A DNA stretch of 64,000 nt from an archaeon (lineage in GTDB: Archaea; Nanobdellota; Nanobdellia; Pacearchaeales; GW2011-AR1): positions 32,481 to 96,480 of the forward strand of contig DAOVXQ010000003.1 of NCBI GenBank assembly GCA_030636025.1, in the 5' to 3' direction. Below the pieces are notes generated by a model that ran no database searches, was not told where the DNA came from, and was given only the letters and a program-made list of their open reading frames with translations. The translations under genes were made by a program, and so were the position numbers. Within the stretch, counting starts at the first letter, position 1. Each line of letters opens with the position of its first letter. This document shows, one piece after another, positions 1-9,795 of the stretch.

Positions 1-342
1 TGCAGAAATTGTCCCAGTATAATCAGGTTTGTATTGAACACTATATAAATCAGTTTTATTTCCGTAGACAAAAACAATGCTCGTGCCCTCGGTTTTTTTC
101 AAAAAATAAGGCGCAAATTCAGATTCTGTAAAATCCTCTGTTAATTCTGTCAGATTTTCTTTCTGATAAATTCCATGCTCAACAATTCTTGAAGTTTCTT
201 CTTTTAACTCTGTACTAATATCATTTATTTTTCTCGGCTCATATTTTGTGATTGCATAAGTTCTGACACTTGTTATTCCAACAATCGCCAACACAATAAT
301 CACTGCCGCCACAAGATAAAACTGCCCTTTTTTCCCTCTCAT
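1..342 (-). CDS. Partial membrane-anchored protein with archaeal class III (type IV pilin-like) signal peptide; C-terminus lies beyond the window edge
   Basis: Minus-strand ATG at 342-340 gives MRGKKGQFYLVAAVIIVLAIVGI... (basic N-terminus, G-Q, then a hydrophobic helix). The frame stays open to position 1. It is absent from the track because it is truncated. Confidence 0.5.
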   Translation of the reverse strand, partial: MRGKKGQFYLVAAVIIVLAIVGITSVRTYAITKYEPRKINDISTELKEETSRIVEHGIYQKENLTELTEDFTESEFAPYFLKKTEGTSIVFVYGNKTDLYSVQYKPDYTGTISA

Positions 343-431
343 ACAATTATTAACAATTTCTCCTATATAAATATTCAGTTTTTGTTTTGATTATTAACAT
401 TGGGATTAAGGAATGTTTTCTTGAGGAGTAG

Positions 432-650
432 ATGGGGCAAACTAAAAAGGAATTCCATAAGATTAAAAGAGGAGTAAAAGAAGTTCAAACTTATGCAGAT
501 GGTTTTAAGGTGTTTCATAATTTTGTTAGAAAGAATGTTAAGGATAAAACTACTCCTGCCGAGAAGTGTGGTATTGGAACACAAGGATTAAATAGGTGGG
601 AAGGACTTTTATTAAATAGTTTAGAACATGGGAAGCAAGATTATAGGTAG
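432..650 (+). pseudogene. C-terminal remnant of a DDE (IS6/rve-like) transposase
   Basis: The 72-aa ORF ...EFHKIKRGVKEVQTYADGFKVFHNFVRKNVKDKTTPAEKCGI resembles the conserved C-terminal tail of IS6/rve-type transposases (FxxxYNFxRxH...TPAExxGI). No catalytic core lies upstream. Confidence 0.35.
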
Positions 651-1272
651 ATGGGGTTTGGGAAGTCTCAGTCCAAACTATCATGTAGATAATAAGAAAT
701 TCCCGAATAAGATTATTACTATAATCTCTCATAAGGAAGGATATGAGGTTAAGGAAATTTTTGAGAATGATATAAAAACCAAGATTTTGGTGTATGAAGA
801 TAGAATAAAGGGATGGTTTCTTGATTTTGCAAGAAAATTAACGAAGCAGGAAAATTCGGAGTTTGTTGTAATGATGATTTGTATGAACTATCTTGAAGGA
901 AATCAACAATTTAGGGAAGGTAATTCATCAGAAAGAAACAGCACCCCAGTGTTAAAAAGAGCATTAGAAAGAATTTTTCCAGATAATAAAAATGAAATTA
1001 ATCTTTTGATTGAGAAAGTAAGACATGGACTTTTTCATGATGGAATGACTAAGCGAGGGGCTTTATTGAGATATGGTTTAGGCACTCCTTTTTTTACTTT
1101 TAATTTTGATGGTGAAGATTGGATAGAGATAGAACCTTCTTTATTTCTAAAACATTTAGAAAAGGACTTTAGTTCCTATATCAAAATATTAAAGGATGAA
1201 AAAAACAAAACAGAAAGAGAGAACTTTTGGGAGCATTACAAAGAAAGATATGAAAGAACTCCCGACATTTGA
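628..1272 (+). CDS. Hypothetical protein with an Rx4H (HEPN-like) motif
   Basis: 214-aa ORF containing VRHGLFHDG (R-x4-H). No other recognisable domain. Confidence 0.45.
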   Translation: MGSKIIGRWGLGSLSPNYHVDNKKFPNKIITIISHKEGYEVKEIFENDIKTKILVYEDRIKGWFLDFARKLTKQENSEFVVMMICMNYLEGNQQFREGNSSERNSTPVLKRALERIFPDNKNEINLLIEKVRHGLFHDGMTKRGALLRYGLGTPFFTFNFDGEDWIEIEPSLFLKHLEKDFSSYIKILKDEKNKTERENFWEHYKERYERTPDI

Positions 1273-1410
1273 CAACGAAGGAGATAATTATGATAACTCC
1301 CTAAGACTTGACAATCCCTTGCCCCAGAGCGATTGAAACTAATAGGGATTAAAGGGCGTTCTATCAAACTCGAAGAGTCTTAAAGAACAAGAATAAAGAG
1401 CAGGGTTTTA

Positions 1411-1965
1411 TTATCTAAACATTTTAATGGGGTATTTTTCACGTAATGCTGTAATTTCTGCATCGAAACCTTTTGCTTTAGCATTTCTATCCACAATACT
1501 TTCAACAAAATTCCCATAAGCTGCACATGGAACATAAGCAGCCAATCTTAAACCTAATCCTGTAACCATTTTTACTTTACCTAGTTTTGTTGAAGGAGGT
1601 TCTCTTACACCTTGACCCATCTCTTGGAAAGGTTGCATTGATTTATTTGCTAAAGTTAATGCAATAAAATATCTAACATGGTAAGGTTTTTTAAGAAGTT
1701 CAAGGTGACTACATTCATGAGCAAAATAAGCTGTTGTTAATTGTGGATCTTCTGCTAATTCTACTGGAATTCTAAAGGTGATTCCATCTAGAAATCTTTT
1801 TTCAGATTTGTCGAAAATATTTGGTCTATGTGTATAATCTATTGCTCCTGTATATCCAGATTCCATTAAAAGAGAGGGATTTCCATCTACAACAACCTTT
1901 GGATTTCTCAAATCCAAATTAAATCTTGGATATATCTGAGATAAAATGTCTTCTAATGGTTCCAT
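1411..1965 (-). CDS. Putative zinc metalloprotease (HExxH)
   Basis: 184-aa ORF with FAHECSHLELL (HExxH). Confidence 0.5.
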   Translation of the reverse strand: MEPLEDILSQIYPRFNLDLRNPKVVVDGNPSLLMESGYTGAIDYTHRPNIFDKSEKRFLDGITFRIPVELAEDPQLTTAYFAHECSHLELLKKPYHVRYFIALTLANKSMQPFQEMGQGVREPPSTKLGKVKMVTGLGLRLAAYVPCAAYGNFVESIVDRNAKAKGFDAEITALREKYPIKMFR

Positions 1966-2212
1966 AGAAGAAATAGATTACTCATAGTATTTAAAGGTTT
2001 AGACAATGTAATTATTAATAAGTAGTAAATGAAGCCCTGCTCAATCAATAAAAGCCCCTCAAAATTATTGGATTTAACAAGTTTATAACGAACTTTAGTT
2101 TGTTATGTCCTTTAGAAGGAAGTTATATCTACTTTTTTTATTTATAAATTTCATAAAACCATCTCCGCATCAATCACATTAACCTTATTAATCCTCCACC
2201 CTTTCAATAAAC

Positions 2213-2983
2213 ATGAAAATAAAATTCGGCCCATCTGGATTAGGACCTGTAAAAGACGCAATCAATAACCTCAAAAGATACCACGAATTAGGATTAAACG
2301 CCTGCGAAATCGCATTTACTTATGGAGTTTACATTAATCACGAAAAAGACATAAAAGAAATCAGAAAAACAGCTGAAAAATATGATATAAAATTAAGTAT
2401 TCACGCCCCTTACTGGATAAACCTTAACTCAAAAGAGCCAGAAAAAATTCAGGCAAGTAAAAAAAGGATTTTAAAATGTTGCGAAATCGGGGAAAAACTC
2501 AACGCTTACAGAGTTGTTTTTCATTCAGGTTATTATACTAATGGGGACAAAGAAGAAACATATCAAAACATAAAAACAGAAATTTTAGATATGCAAGAAG
2601 AAATTAAAAAGCAGGGATGGAAAATCAGACTTGCCCCCGAAGTTATGGGGAAAATAAATGTTTTTGGCAGTGTTGAAGAAATCTCGCGACTTGTCAAAGA
2701 AACTGGATGTGGGTTTTGCATTGACTTTGCACATGTTTTGGCAAGATATAAAAAAATCGATTACAATAAAGTCAAAAAATTATTCCCTCAAAAAAATTGG
2801 CACTGCCATTTTTCTGGAATTAATTATGGTGAGAAAGGTGAAAAAAATCACATTAAAACTCCAGAAGATAAACTAAAAGAATTATTAAAAAACCTGCCCA
2901 AAGAAAAAGAAATCACAATCATTAACGAAAGCCCCTGTCCTGTTGAAGACTCTATTTTAAGTTTGAAACTCGCGCAGATTTAG
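2213..2983 (+). CDS. Endonuclease IV / xylose-isomerase-like TIM-barrel protein
   Basis: 256 aa. Motifs HAPYWINL, VFHSGYY, PEVMG and CIDFAHV match the AP endonuclease family 2 pattern. Confidence 0.7.
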   Translation: MKIKFGPSGLGPVKDAINNLKRYHELGLNACEIAFTYGVYINHEKDIKEIRKTAEKYDIKLSIHAPYWINLNSKEPEKIQASKKRILKCCEIGEKLNAYRVVFHSGYYTNGDKEETYQNIKTEILDMQEEIKKQGWKIRLAPEVMGKINVFGSVEEISRLVKETGCGFCIDFAHVLARYKKIDYNKVKKLFPQKNWHCHFSGINYGEKGEKNHIKTPEDKLKELLKNLPKEKEITIINESPCPVEDSILSLKLAQI

Positions 2984-3219
2984 TCTTTCTTTGTCTGAGA
3001 AAATTCTTTCAAATATGTGCCCCTATTTTTGATAGTCCTATCAATTCCCCTAAGAATCCGATTAGCTTTCTCAGGACTTTTCCGAATCGTATTCAAAATA
3101 TAAAGCATTTTTTTAATAACAGCCTCGTAACTTTCCCTTTCATGCTCTTTCAATCTACCCAATCTCGTTTTCGTCGCCTTTTCAATTTTAATTGTTGTAA
3201 TTAAGGTATCTTTAGCCAT
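2980..3219 (-). CDS. Small ribbon-helix-helix-like protein (hypothetical)
   Basis: The ORF probably starts at MAKDTLITTIKIEKATKTRLGRLKEH... Beta-strand plus helices is typical of CopG/RHH. Its 4-nt overlap with the upstream convergent gene is only a stop overlap. Confidence 0.4.
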   Translation of the reverse strand: MAKDTLITTIKIEKATKTRLGRLKEHERESYEAVIKKMLYILNTIRKSPEKANRILRGIDRTIKNRGTYLKEFSQTKKD

Positions 3220-3347
3220 ACTAAAGTATACTTCTGAATACTTTATAAACATTCCCATATTTGTAATTATTATTAAGTTACTACAATATAGAAAGCTTTA
3301 TAAGTGGGTAATCTCTGACTAAATTAATTAAATTTGATATACCAAAC

Positions 3348-4574
3348 ATGAAAAACAAAGCAATTTTGGTTTCTTTTATAGCACTTTTCGCTATAGTTTT
3401 AACTTTGAATGCAGTAATGGCTGTTGACTTCGCAACTATCAATGAAGTTGAATTTGACGATGTTTCAATAGTTGGTTTAACTTGGGCTGGATTTGCTTCT
3501 GAGGAAGTAGAAGTTGAAGTTGAATTTACTGCAGAAGATACTGTTTCTGATGTTAGGGTTAAAGTCTATATTGAAGGATATAGGGATGAAGTCTCAGAAA
3601 TTACTTCTAGATTCAACATTGTTGATGGAAGTAAATATGTTAAGAGATTTGTAATCAGATTACCTTCAACATTGGACTTAGATGATAACCCTGAAGACTT
3701 GTCTTTAATCATAAGGATGAGTGCTAAAGGTGAGGATTCATTCGAGGAATCTTATGCAATAAAAATGCAAAAAGATTCATACAGTTTGAATTTCTTATCT
3801 ATTGAAGCAGTTCAGAAAGCTGTTGCTGGCGATGTTATTGCGCTTGACGTTGTTGTTGAAAACAACGGAGATGAAAGCCTTGAGAATATTTATGTTAGAG
3901 CCTCAATTCCTGAATTAGGCGTTTCTAAAAGGGTATATGTTGGAGATTTACTTGCTGATGGTGAAGAAAGCGACGACGATAATGATAACGACGACGACGC
4001 AACAAGCAAAAGAATCTACTTGACATTACCTCGAGACACAATTCCAGGAATCTATGATATAGAAGTTGAAGCTTATAACTACGACACTGGTATCTCAGCT
4101 AAAAAAACTATAGCTGTTGGCGGTGTTGACTCAAGTATTTTACCTGCGATAACTTCAAAAAGCATTTCTGTTGGTGAGGAAACAATCTACAGCGTAGTGA
4201 TTGTTAATCCAAGTGATAGAATGGTTGTTTACATAATAACACCAGAAGAATCTAAAGGATTAATAGTAGATGTTGCTGAACCAATTGTTACAGTCCCTGC
4301 TGATTCAAGCAGAACTGTAAAAATAAGAGTTAAGGCCACTGAAAGTGCAGATGAAGGTACACATTTGATAGTAGTGAATGTTAATTCAGAAAGCGGACTT
4401 GTAAAACAAGTTAGCCTTACTGCAAATGTAGAAGATACAGGAAGAACAGACACTGTTTTCGTATTAACAGTTATTCTTGCAATAATCTTCGTCGTGCTTT
4501 TAATCGTACTTATCGTGCTATTAACAAAGAAACCCGCAGAAACTGAAGAATTCGGAGAAACAAGTTATTATTAA
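3348..4574 (+). CDS. Secreted acidic surface protein with C-terminal membrane anchor
   Basis: N-terminal signal peptide (MKNKAILVSFIALFAIVLTLNAVMA), beta-rich acidic body, and a C-terminal TM helix (VFVLTVILAIIFVVLLIVLIVLL) followed by KKP. Confidence 0.6.
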   Translation: MKNKAILVSFIALFAIVLTLNAVMAVDFATINEVEFDDVSIVGLTWAGFASEEVEVEVEFTAEDTVSDVRVKVYIEGYRDEVSEITSRFNIVDGSKYVKRFVIRLPSTLDLDDNPEDLSLIIRMSAKGEDSFEESYAIKMQKDSYSLNFLSIEAVQKAVAGDVIALDVVVENNGDESLENIYVRASIPELGVSKRVYVGDLLADGEESDDDNDNDDDATSKRIYLTLPRDTIPGIYDIEVEAYNYDTGISAKKTIAVGGVDSSILPAITSKSISVGEETIYSVVIVNPSDRMVVYIITPEESKGLIVDVAEPIVTVPADSSRTVKIRVKATESADEGTHLIVVNVNSESGLVKQVSLTANVEDTGRTDTVFVLTVILAIIFVVLLIVLIVLLTKKPAETEEFGETSYY

Positions 4575-4622
4575 TTTTTTATTTTTTTATTTTTTTTATT
4601 GTTTCTCTTTTTTTCTTTTTAA
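4575..4622 (+). terminator. Oligo-T tract downstream of the surface-protein gene
   Basis: Runs of T6-T8 immediately follow the stop codon, which is typical of archaeal termination signals. Confidence 0.3.
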
Positions 4623-4662
4623 TGAAGTGATAATTTTATAAATTAAGAGGAGATGTAATATT

Positions 4663-5400
4663 ATGGCAAAAACACAAAAAATCAGAATTGATGTAACACC
4701 AAGAGAAATTATGTCTGCTTATGTGGCTGCACCATTTGATGAGGGTAAAAAAGCATTAGAAGAGCAAGGATACAATGTAATCTCTTTAGAAGAAAATGCT
4801 AAATTAAGAATCCAAGAAGGAAAGGATTCTAATATTCCATACAATTCAAATTGGACAAGGGAGGGGGTTGTTTATATTCCTAAAAAAGGAATTTTTTTGA
4901 CTAAAAATTCTCCCATAATGGAAAATCCAAAAAAAGCGACAGAATTTCATAAAAATGAAAAAGATTTTTATTTAAACAATGAACAAGTTGAGAAATCTTT
5001 AGCAGATTGTGTAGAAATAAAAAATAATCAAAATTTAGAAGGCAAATTTTGTAGCGACGAAGTACTTGTCTATGCTTTTGGAGGGGAAACAAATGCAAGA
5101 AATTATATAGCATTTTTAGAAAAAAATAAAAATATCAGGCAAATACCGATTTGGTTAGCAAATATGCAGGATAAACCTTTTGCTACACAAGTAATGTTAA
5201 AAGATTTGGCTAACTGGTCTGGACTTAATTGTTCTATCATTGGCCTTCAGGGTTTTCATTTTCTGCGTGGGACATATGATTATACAAAAAATACACTTGA
5301 AAAATTTGGATTTTATACCCCTAAACAGATTTCAAGTGCGTTGGAAAAAGCAAATCTTTCAGGAATTGAAAAGACTTTGATTGAAAATTTAAAACAATAA
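4663..5400 (+). CDS. Hypothetical protein
   Basis: 245-aa ORF. An AGGAG-like sequence lies upstream, and the gene is tightly coupled to the next ORF. Confidence 0.5.
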   Translation: MAKTQKIRIDVTPREIMSAYVAAPFDEGKKALEEQGYNVISLEENAKLRIQEGKDSNIPYNSNWTREGVVYIPKKGIFLTKNSPIMENPKKATEFHKNEKDFYLNNEQVEKSLADCVEIKNNQNLEGKFCSDEVLVYAFGGETNARNYIAFLEKNKNIRQIPIWLANMQDKPFATQVMLKDLANWSGLNCSIIGLQGFHFLRGTYDYTKNTLEKFGFYTPKQISSALEKANLSGIEKTLIENLKQ

Positions 5401-5401
5401 A

Positions 5402-5665
5402 ATGCAACCCCTAACCCCCCAAAAAGCCAAATTTGAATTAGAAAATTTTATGTTGCTTTTAGAAAAAATTGTAAATAATATTGATTCAAAAAAAATTGAT
5501 GTTAAAAAAATTCCAAGATTGATTTCTAAACTTGAAGGAATATATCAGCCAATATCAAGTCATATTTTAGATTTTTTCCCAAAGTCAGATTGGTATGTTG
5601 ATGGGGCAAGAAAAAAAATTAGAGAATATAGTGATAGAATTCTGGATTTCGGGCAAGTTGCTTAA
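5402..5665 (+). CDS. Hypothetical protein
   Basis: 87-aa ORF starting 1 nt after the upstream stop. Confidence 0.45.
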   Translation: MQPLTPQKAKFELENFMLLLEKIVNNIDSKKIDVKKIPRLISKLEGIYQPISSHILDFFPKSDWYVDGARKKIREYSDRILDFGQVA

Positions 5666-5682
5666 ACTTCTAAACTTATAAC

Positions 5683-5806
5683 CTTCGCTAACCTAATAAC
5701 TAATATTTATATTTTATAATATCAATCTCTTTGAAGATGAGTGATTAAGAAGAATAAGATATAAATAAAAAGAAATTTTTGGTTAGTGAACTCCAAAAAT
5801 TTCATC
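5683..5806 (+). repeat. Dispersed intergenic repeat, copy 1 (TATA-like box plus hairpin)
   Basis: ...CTTCGCTAACCTAA...GAAGATGAGTGATTAAGAAGAATAAGATATAAATAAAAAGAAATTTTTGGTTAGTGAACTCCAAAAATTTCAT, with hairpin arms AAATTTTTGG/CCAAAAATTT. Confidence 0.8.
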
Positions 5807-5894
5807 TAAAGCAAGCAATAAAAAAGTATAACAATTATTCTCTTGGAGTTTAAACCACTAAATCTTTATAAATTAATAAAACATTATACTAAAA

Positions 5895-6124
5895 TGGCTA
5901 AAAAAGAATTATTAGAAAAAGCACTTTCAGAAGTAAATAAATGTAATCCTAATTCACCAGACTATCTCTCTAAATTTTTGAAATATTATTCTCTTTTTGA
6001 AGAAGTCCATCCTGAATGTATTCGAGGATATAATTTAGGAAGTCCATATGCACGTCCAGACCCAAAACCAGGGGGCAGAGGAGATTTAGGGGGAGCAATT
6101 AAACTTCGCCATATCCGAAATTGA
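5895..6124 (+). CDS. Small hypothetical protein
   Basis: ATG-initiated version (MAKKELLEKAL...) of track ORF 5843..6124. It lies downstream of repeat copy 1. Confidence 0.35.
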
Positions 6125-6197
6125 AAAACAATTTCAGAGATATTAAAAACAAGCACTTATAGTGCATTGTTTTTTTGATATACTTCAGTAATTCTTT

Positions 6198-9062
6198 TTA
6201 AACCTCTAAACTCAACACCTTAGAAATTCCTTCTTGCATTGAAACACCATACAACACTGAAGAGGATTCTGAAATAATCGAATCATTGTGAGTAATAATA
6301 AGGTATTGCCCATTTTTCATATATCTTTTCAGCAAATACGCAAGTTTCTCTGAGTTCCTCCTGTCCAATGCAGCATCAATTTCATCAAATATATAAAAAC
6401 AATAAGGACTAAATTCCTGAATTGCAAAAATCAATGAAAGTGCAACAAGACATTGTTCTCCTCCTGAAAGCGAAGTAACATCAAAATATTTCCCACCCCC
6501 CACCTTAACAATAATATCAATCCCTGCATCAAAAACCTCTTTTTTATTCTGCGGTTCAAGAGTCACAATCCCTTTCTCACTAAGATTACTAAAATTCCTC
6601 GAAAACAAATCATTCACCTCATTCAAGGTTTGAAGAAACGCCTTTTTCTTTTTCCTGTCAATCTGCTCAATTATTTTCAAAATCTCCTCTTTCTCTTTAT
6701 CTAATTGCTCAACTTTCTCTTTTATTTTATCATATTCTGCTTTAATGTCGTCGTAAACTTCCAGTGCCCTCAAATTAACATTTCCAATTCTCGAGAAAAT
6801 ATCTTCTGAAGACTGCAACCTCCTGCAAAGTTTTTCCATGGAAAGATTAATAAATTCAACTCCCTCAAATTCTTTTATCTCATCTAAAAGAGATTCATAT
6901 TTTGCATTTATCTGTGCCCTCAAAATAGCAAAATCATTAACCTCATTCTCAAAAATCCTTTTCTCGTTCTGTTGTTTCATTAAATTCGACTCAAACATTC
7001 TAACCTTATCTTGAAAAACATTTTTCTCTGCAAACATTTTCTGATACTTCCTCTTCACAATCTCTGATTGTTCTTCTTTCTCCTCAACAATCTCCTGTTT
7101 CTCCTCGAGAACTTCCCCTAATTCAACCAACTCCTCACTTATCTCTTCCCTGTCATGCACAACCTGTTTAATCGCAACTCTTGTCCTCTCCAACTCCCTC
7201 TGTTTAATCGTAATCTCCCCGCCCAAATTCCTCTCCTCACTTCTCTGCAATTCATTAACCTCTAACTTAAGCATCTCATGCCCCTCTTCATTCGATTTTA
7301 TATGCGAAAATTTCGCCTGATTTATCGTCTGCTTTTTTTCAAATTTCTCCAACTCCAACTCAAAAAGCCTAACCTCCTCCCGATTCCTTTTCAATTGCTG
7401 TTTTTTATCCTCAATCGTCTGAAACTTAATCACATTTATCTCCCGCACATTTATCTCCTTATTCTCTCTAATTATCTTTTCCTTTAATTCATTTATTTTC
7501 TCAGAAGATTCCCTTATTTCTTTTTCAGCACCTGATAATATTTTTTTAAAATTAGAAATATCCTTATTTGTTTTATCAGAAACTTCTTTCATATGCTCCC
7601 CTGTCATTTTTGTCTTGCATAAAGGACAAATGTCAATCTTTGAAACCTGCACATTTATTTTTTCTGCTTTCTGAATTTCCTGCGTCTTAACAGCAAAAAT
7701 TTTCTCATTTTCTAAAAGCGACTTCTCCAAATCTATTATTGTTTGTCTGTTTTTATTTAAAGAATGTTTTAAATTAATAAGTGCCTCTTGGTTTTTATCC
7801 GAATTCTCCTTTATTTTTATTTCAGATTCAATTTGTTCAATCTGATTCAAAATAAAATTCGACTCATCTTTAACCCTCTGAGTCTGCCTTTTTTTATCTT
7901 CTATCTGGTTGTTCAGCGAAGAGATATTTGACTTAAGCAAATAATACTGCCTTTTCGCCTCCTCAAATCCCTCAAGCTTCGCCTTCTTTTCCTCTAATTC
8001 TTTCTTATGATTTTTCCCTTTCTCTTTAGACATTTCAGAAATTTCAATCTCAGCAGTTTTTATTGTCTCTGTAAGCATATTTTTTCTTCTGTCTAATTCA
8101 TTAAGTTGGTTTTCAAAATTTTCTTTTCTCGCACTAATACCTGCAATCTCCTGTTTTAATTCAGAAATATCTGAAAGCAATGTATCCTGTTCAAACCCCG
8201 ACGACTTCTGAATCACATTAGAAATATTATTTATTTTCTCATTCAGCAAATTTATCTCATTCTGCGTTTTAGAAATTATCTGAGATTTTTTCTCAATCTC
8301 CTGTTTTTTCAAATCAATTTTTTTATTTATCTCTTGCAATTCTTTTTGCTTTTCCTGTATTTTTTTATTAATAATCGACGCCTTGCATTTTTTTATTGTC
8401 TCTTCTAATTTTTTAAATCTAAGTGCTTGCTCCCGTTCATTTTCCAAATTCCGAAGATAATTCGTCCTTTCTCTCAAAACAGCATTTATTTGTTTTAATC
8501 TCTCCTCGGTTTTACCTAATTCTTTCAACGACTTCGTTTTTCTCATTTCATAAACAGAAATCCCTGCAACTTCCTCAATTACTTTTCTCCTGTCCTCCCC
8601 AGGCATTTTAACAAACTTTTCAATTTCTCCCTGAAGAATTATATTGAATCCGTGCGGGTCAATCGACGCCTGCCCTAAAATCTCCAAAACTTCCTGCCTC
8701 GTTTTCGTCTGGTTATTTATCAGATAAATACTCTGCCCATTTTTTTTCACAATTCTTTTAATCTTTATTTCTTTCTCATCCAACGCAAAAGTTTTATCCT
8801 CGTTATCAAAAACTATTTCAACATTTGCTTCATTAGATTTTTTGAATCTTTTATTTCCTGCAAAAATTAAATGCGACGCCTTTGCCGCCCTCATTGATTT
8901 AATGCTCAATCTCCCAAGAACAAAACAGAGTGCATCAGTAATATTGCTCTTCCCAGAACCATTCGGTCCAACAATTACATTAACATTTTTATCCAAATGA
9001 ATAGTCGTCTCTCTTGCAAAACTCTTAAATCCTTTTATTACCAACTTTTTTATATATGTCAT
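6198..9062 (-). CDS. smc: SMC-family chromosome-organisation ATPase, hinge-less, with central CxxC
   Basis: 954 aa. N-terminus KGFKSF...GPNGSGKSN (Walker A, SMC context). C-terminus LSGGEQ signature and FDEIDAALD. Long K/E-rich coiled coils. CPLC at 7617-7628 lies at the protein midpoint, and no Gly-rich globular hinge is visible. Confidence 0.85.
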   Translation of the reverse strand: MTYIKKLVIKGFKSFARETTIHLDKNVNVIVGPNGSGKSNITDALCFVLGRLSIKSMRAAKASHLIFAGNKRFKKSNEANVEIVFDNEDKTFALDEKEIKIKRIVKKNGQSIYLINNQTKTRQEVLEILGQASIDPHGFNIILQGEIEKFVKMPGEDRRKVIEEVAGISVYEMRKTKSLKELGKTEERLKQINAVLRERTNYLRNLENEREQALRFKKLEETIKKCKASIINKKIQEKQKELQEINKKIDLKKQEIEKKSQIISKTQNEINLLNEKINNISNVIQKSSGFEQDTLLSDISELKQEIAGISARKENFENQLNELDRRKNMLTETIKTAEIEISEMSKEKGKNHKKELEEKKAKLEGFEEAKRQYYLLKSNISSLNNQIEDKKRQTQRVKDESNFILNQIEQIESEIKIKENSDKNQEALINLKHSLNKNRQTIIDLEKSLLENEKIFAVKTQEIQKAEKINVQVSKIDICPLCKTKMTGEHMKEVSDKTNKDISNFKKILSGAEKEIRESSEKINELKEKIIRENKEINVREINVIKFQTIEDKKQQLKRNREEVRLFELELEKFEKKQTINQAKFSHIKSNEEGHEMLKLEVNELQRSEERNLGGEITIKQRELERTRVAIKQVVHDREEISEELVELGEVLEEKQEIVEEKEEQSEIVKRKYQKMFAEKNVFQDKVRMFESNLMKQQNEKRIFENEVNDFAILRAQINAKYESLLDEIKEFEGVEFINLSMEKLCRRLQSSEDIFSRIGNVNLRALEVYDDIKAEYDKIKEKVEQLDKEKEEILKIIEQIDRKKKKAFLQTLNEVNDLFSRNFSNLSEKGIVTLEPQNKKEVFDAGIDIIVKVGGGKYFDVTSLSGGEQCLVALSLIFAIQEFSPYCFYIFDEIDAALDRRNSEKLAYLLKRYMKNGQYLIITHNDSIISESSSVLYGVSMQEGISKVLSLEV

Positions 9063-9101
9063 TCTGTTTAAAAGAAAAAGGTATTTTTAAAGTTTGTTTG
9101 A

Positions 9102-9743
9102 CTAATACGCCCCCAAATCTTTTTGATTATTTTCTTTATGATACCTTTTATACGTGGACCAAGTCGTCCTCATTATTTCTTTATATTTCTTCCCATACTT
9201 TTTAACAAATTCCTGAGTCGTTTGATTTGAAGGATAACCTGGCCCACAATTCCCATATTTCTCGCGAATCTTTTTCATTTCATCTTCTCGTTCTACCTTC
9301 GCAATAATCGACGCAGCCGAACAAATCGGATAATTCGCATCTGCCTTGTGCTCAACAATCAACTTTATATTTTTATTATCCAAAAGATTTTTCAAATACT
9401 CCTCATACTTATAAGTGTTAATACTCGGGCAGTCAATTATCGCAGTGTCTGGATTTAGCTTATTAATAATCTGGGCTTGCTTATGTGCCTCCAACCAATT
9501 AAGATTCAAATCATCAGAATTCAGGGCATCGTCAATTTCCTTTGGCTCTACTTTAATTATTTTATACTCAAAATTTTCCTTTAAATGTTTTGATAATTTA
9601 ATCCTTTTACTATGATATAAAAATTTAGAATCCTTGACCTCCCCCAACATCTCCTCTTTTCCCTCTTCAATCATCGCTCCTGCAATAATCATTGGACCAA
9701 TAACCGGCCCCCTTCCTGCTTCATCAATTCCTAAAACTTTCAT
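9102..9743 (-). CDS. rnhB: Ribonuclease HII
   Basis: MKVLGIDEAGRGPVIGPMIIAG... (DEAGRG catalytic motif). The track ORF extends 53 codons further upstream across a tRNA on the other strand, so the start was moved to ATG 9743. Confidence 0.9.
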   Translation of the reverse strand: MKVLGIDEAGRGPVIGPMIIAGAMIEEGKEEMLGEVKDSKFLYHSKRIKLSKHLKENFEYKIIKVEPKEIDDALNSDDLNLNWLEAHKQAQIINKLNPDTAIIDCPSINTYKYEEYLKNLLDNKNIKLIVEHKADANYPICSAASIIAKVEREDEMKKIREKYGNCGPGYPSNQTTQEFVKKYGKKYKEIMRTTWSTYKRYHKENNQKDLGAY

Positions 9744-9795
9744 AAAAATAAATACATAGTTAGCTTTATAAATATAATAGGGTGTTATTTTATAT

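Noticed and set aside
1300-1390. CRISPR-like sequence ...CTTGCCCCAGAGCGATTGAAAC, with nested inverted repeats (ATCCCT/AGGGAT, AAGACT/AGTCTT).
   Set aside because: Only a single copy is present, with no spacer-repeat periodicity and no cas genes. It lies between two convergent gene ends and may simply be a terminator structure.
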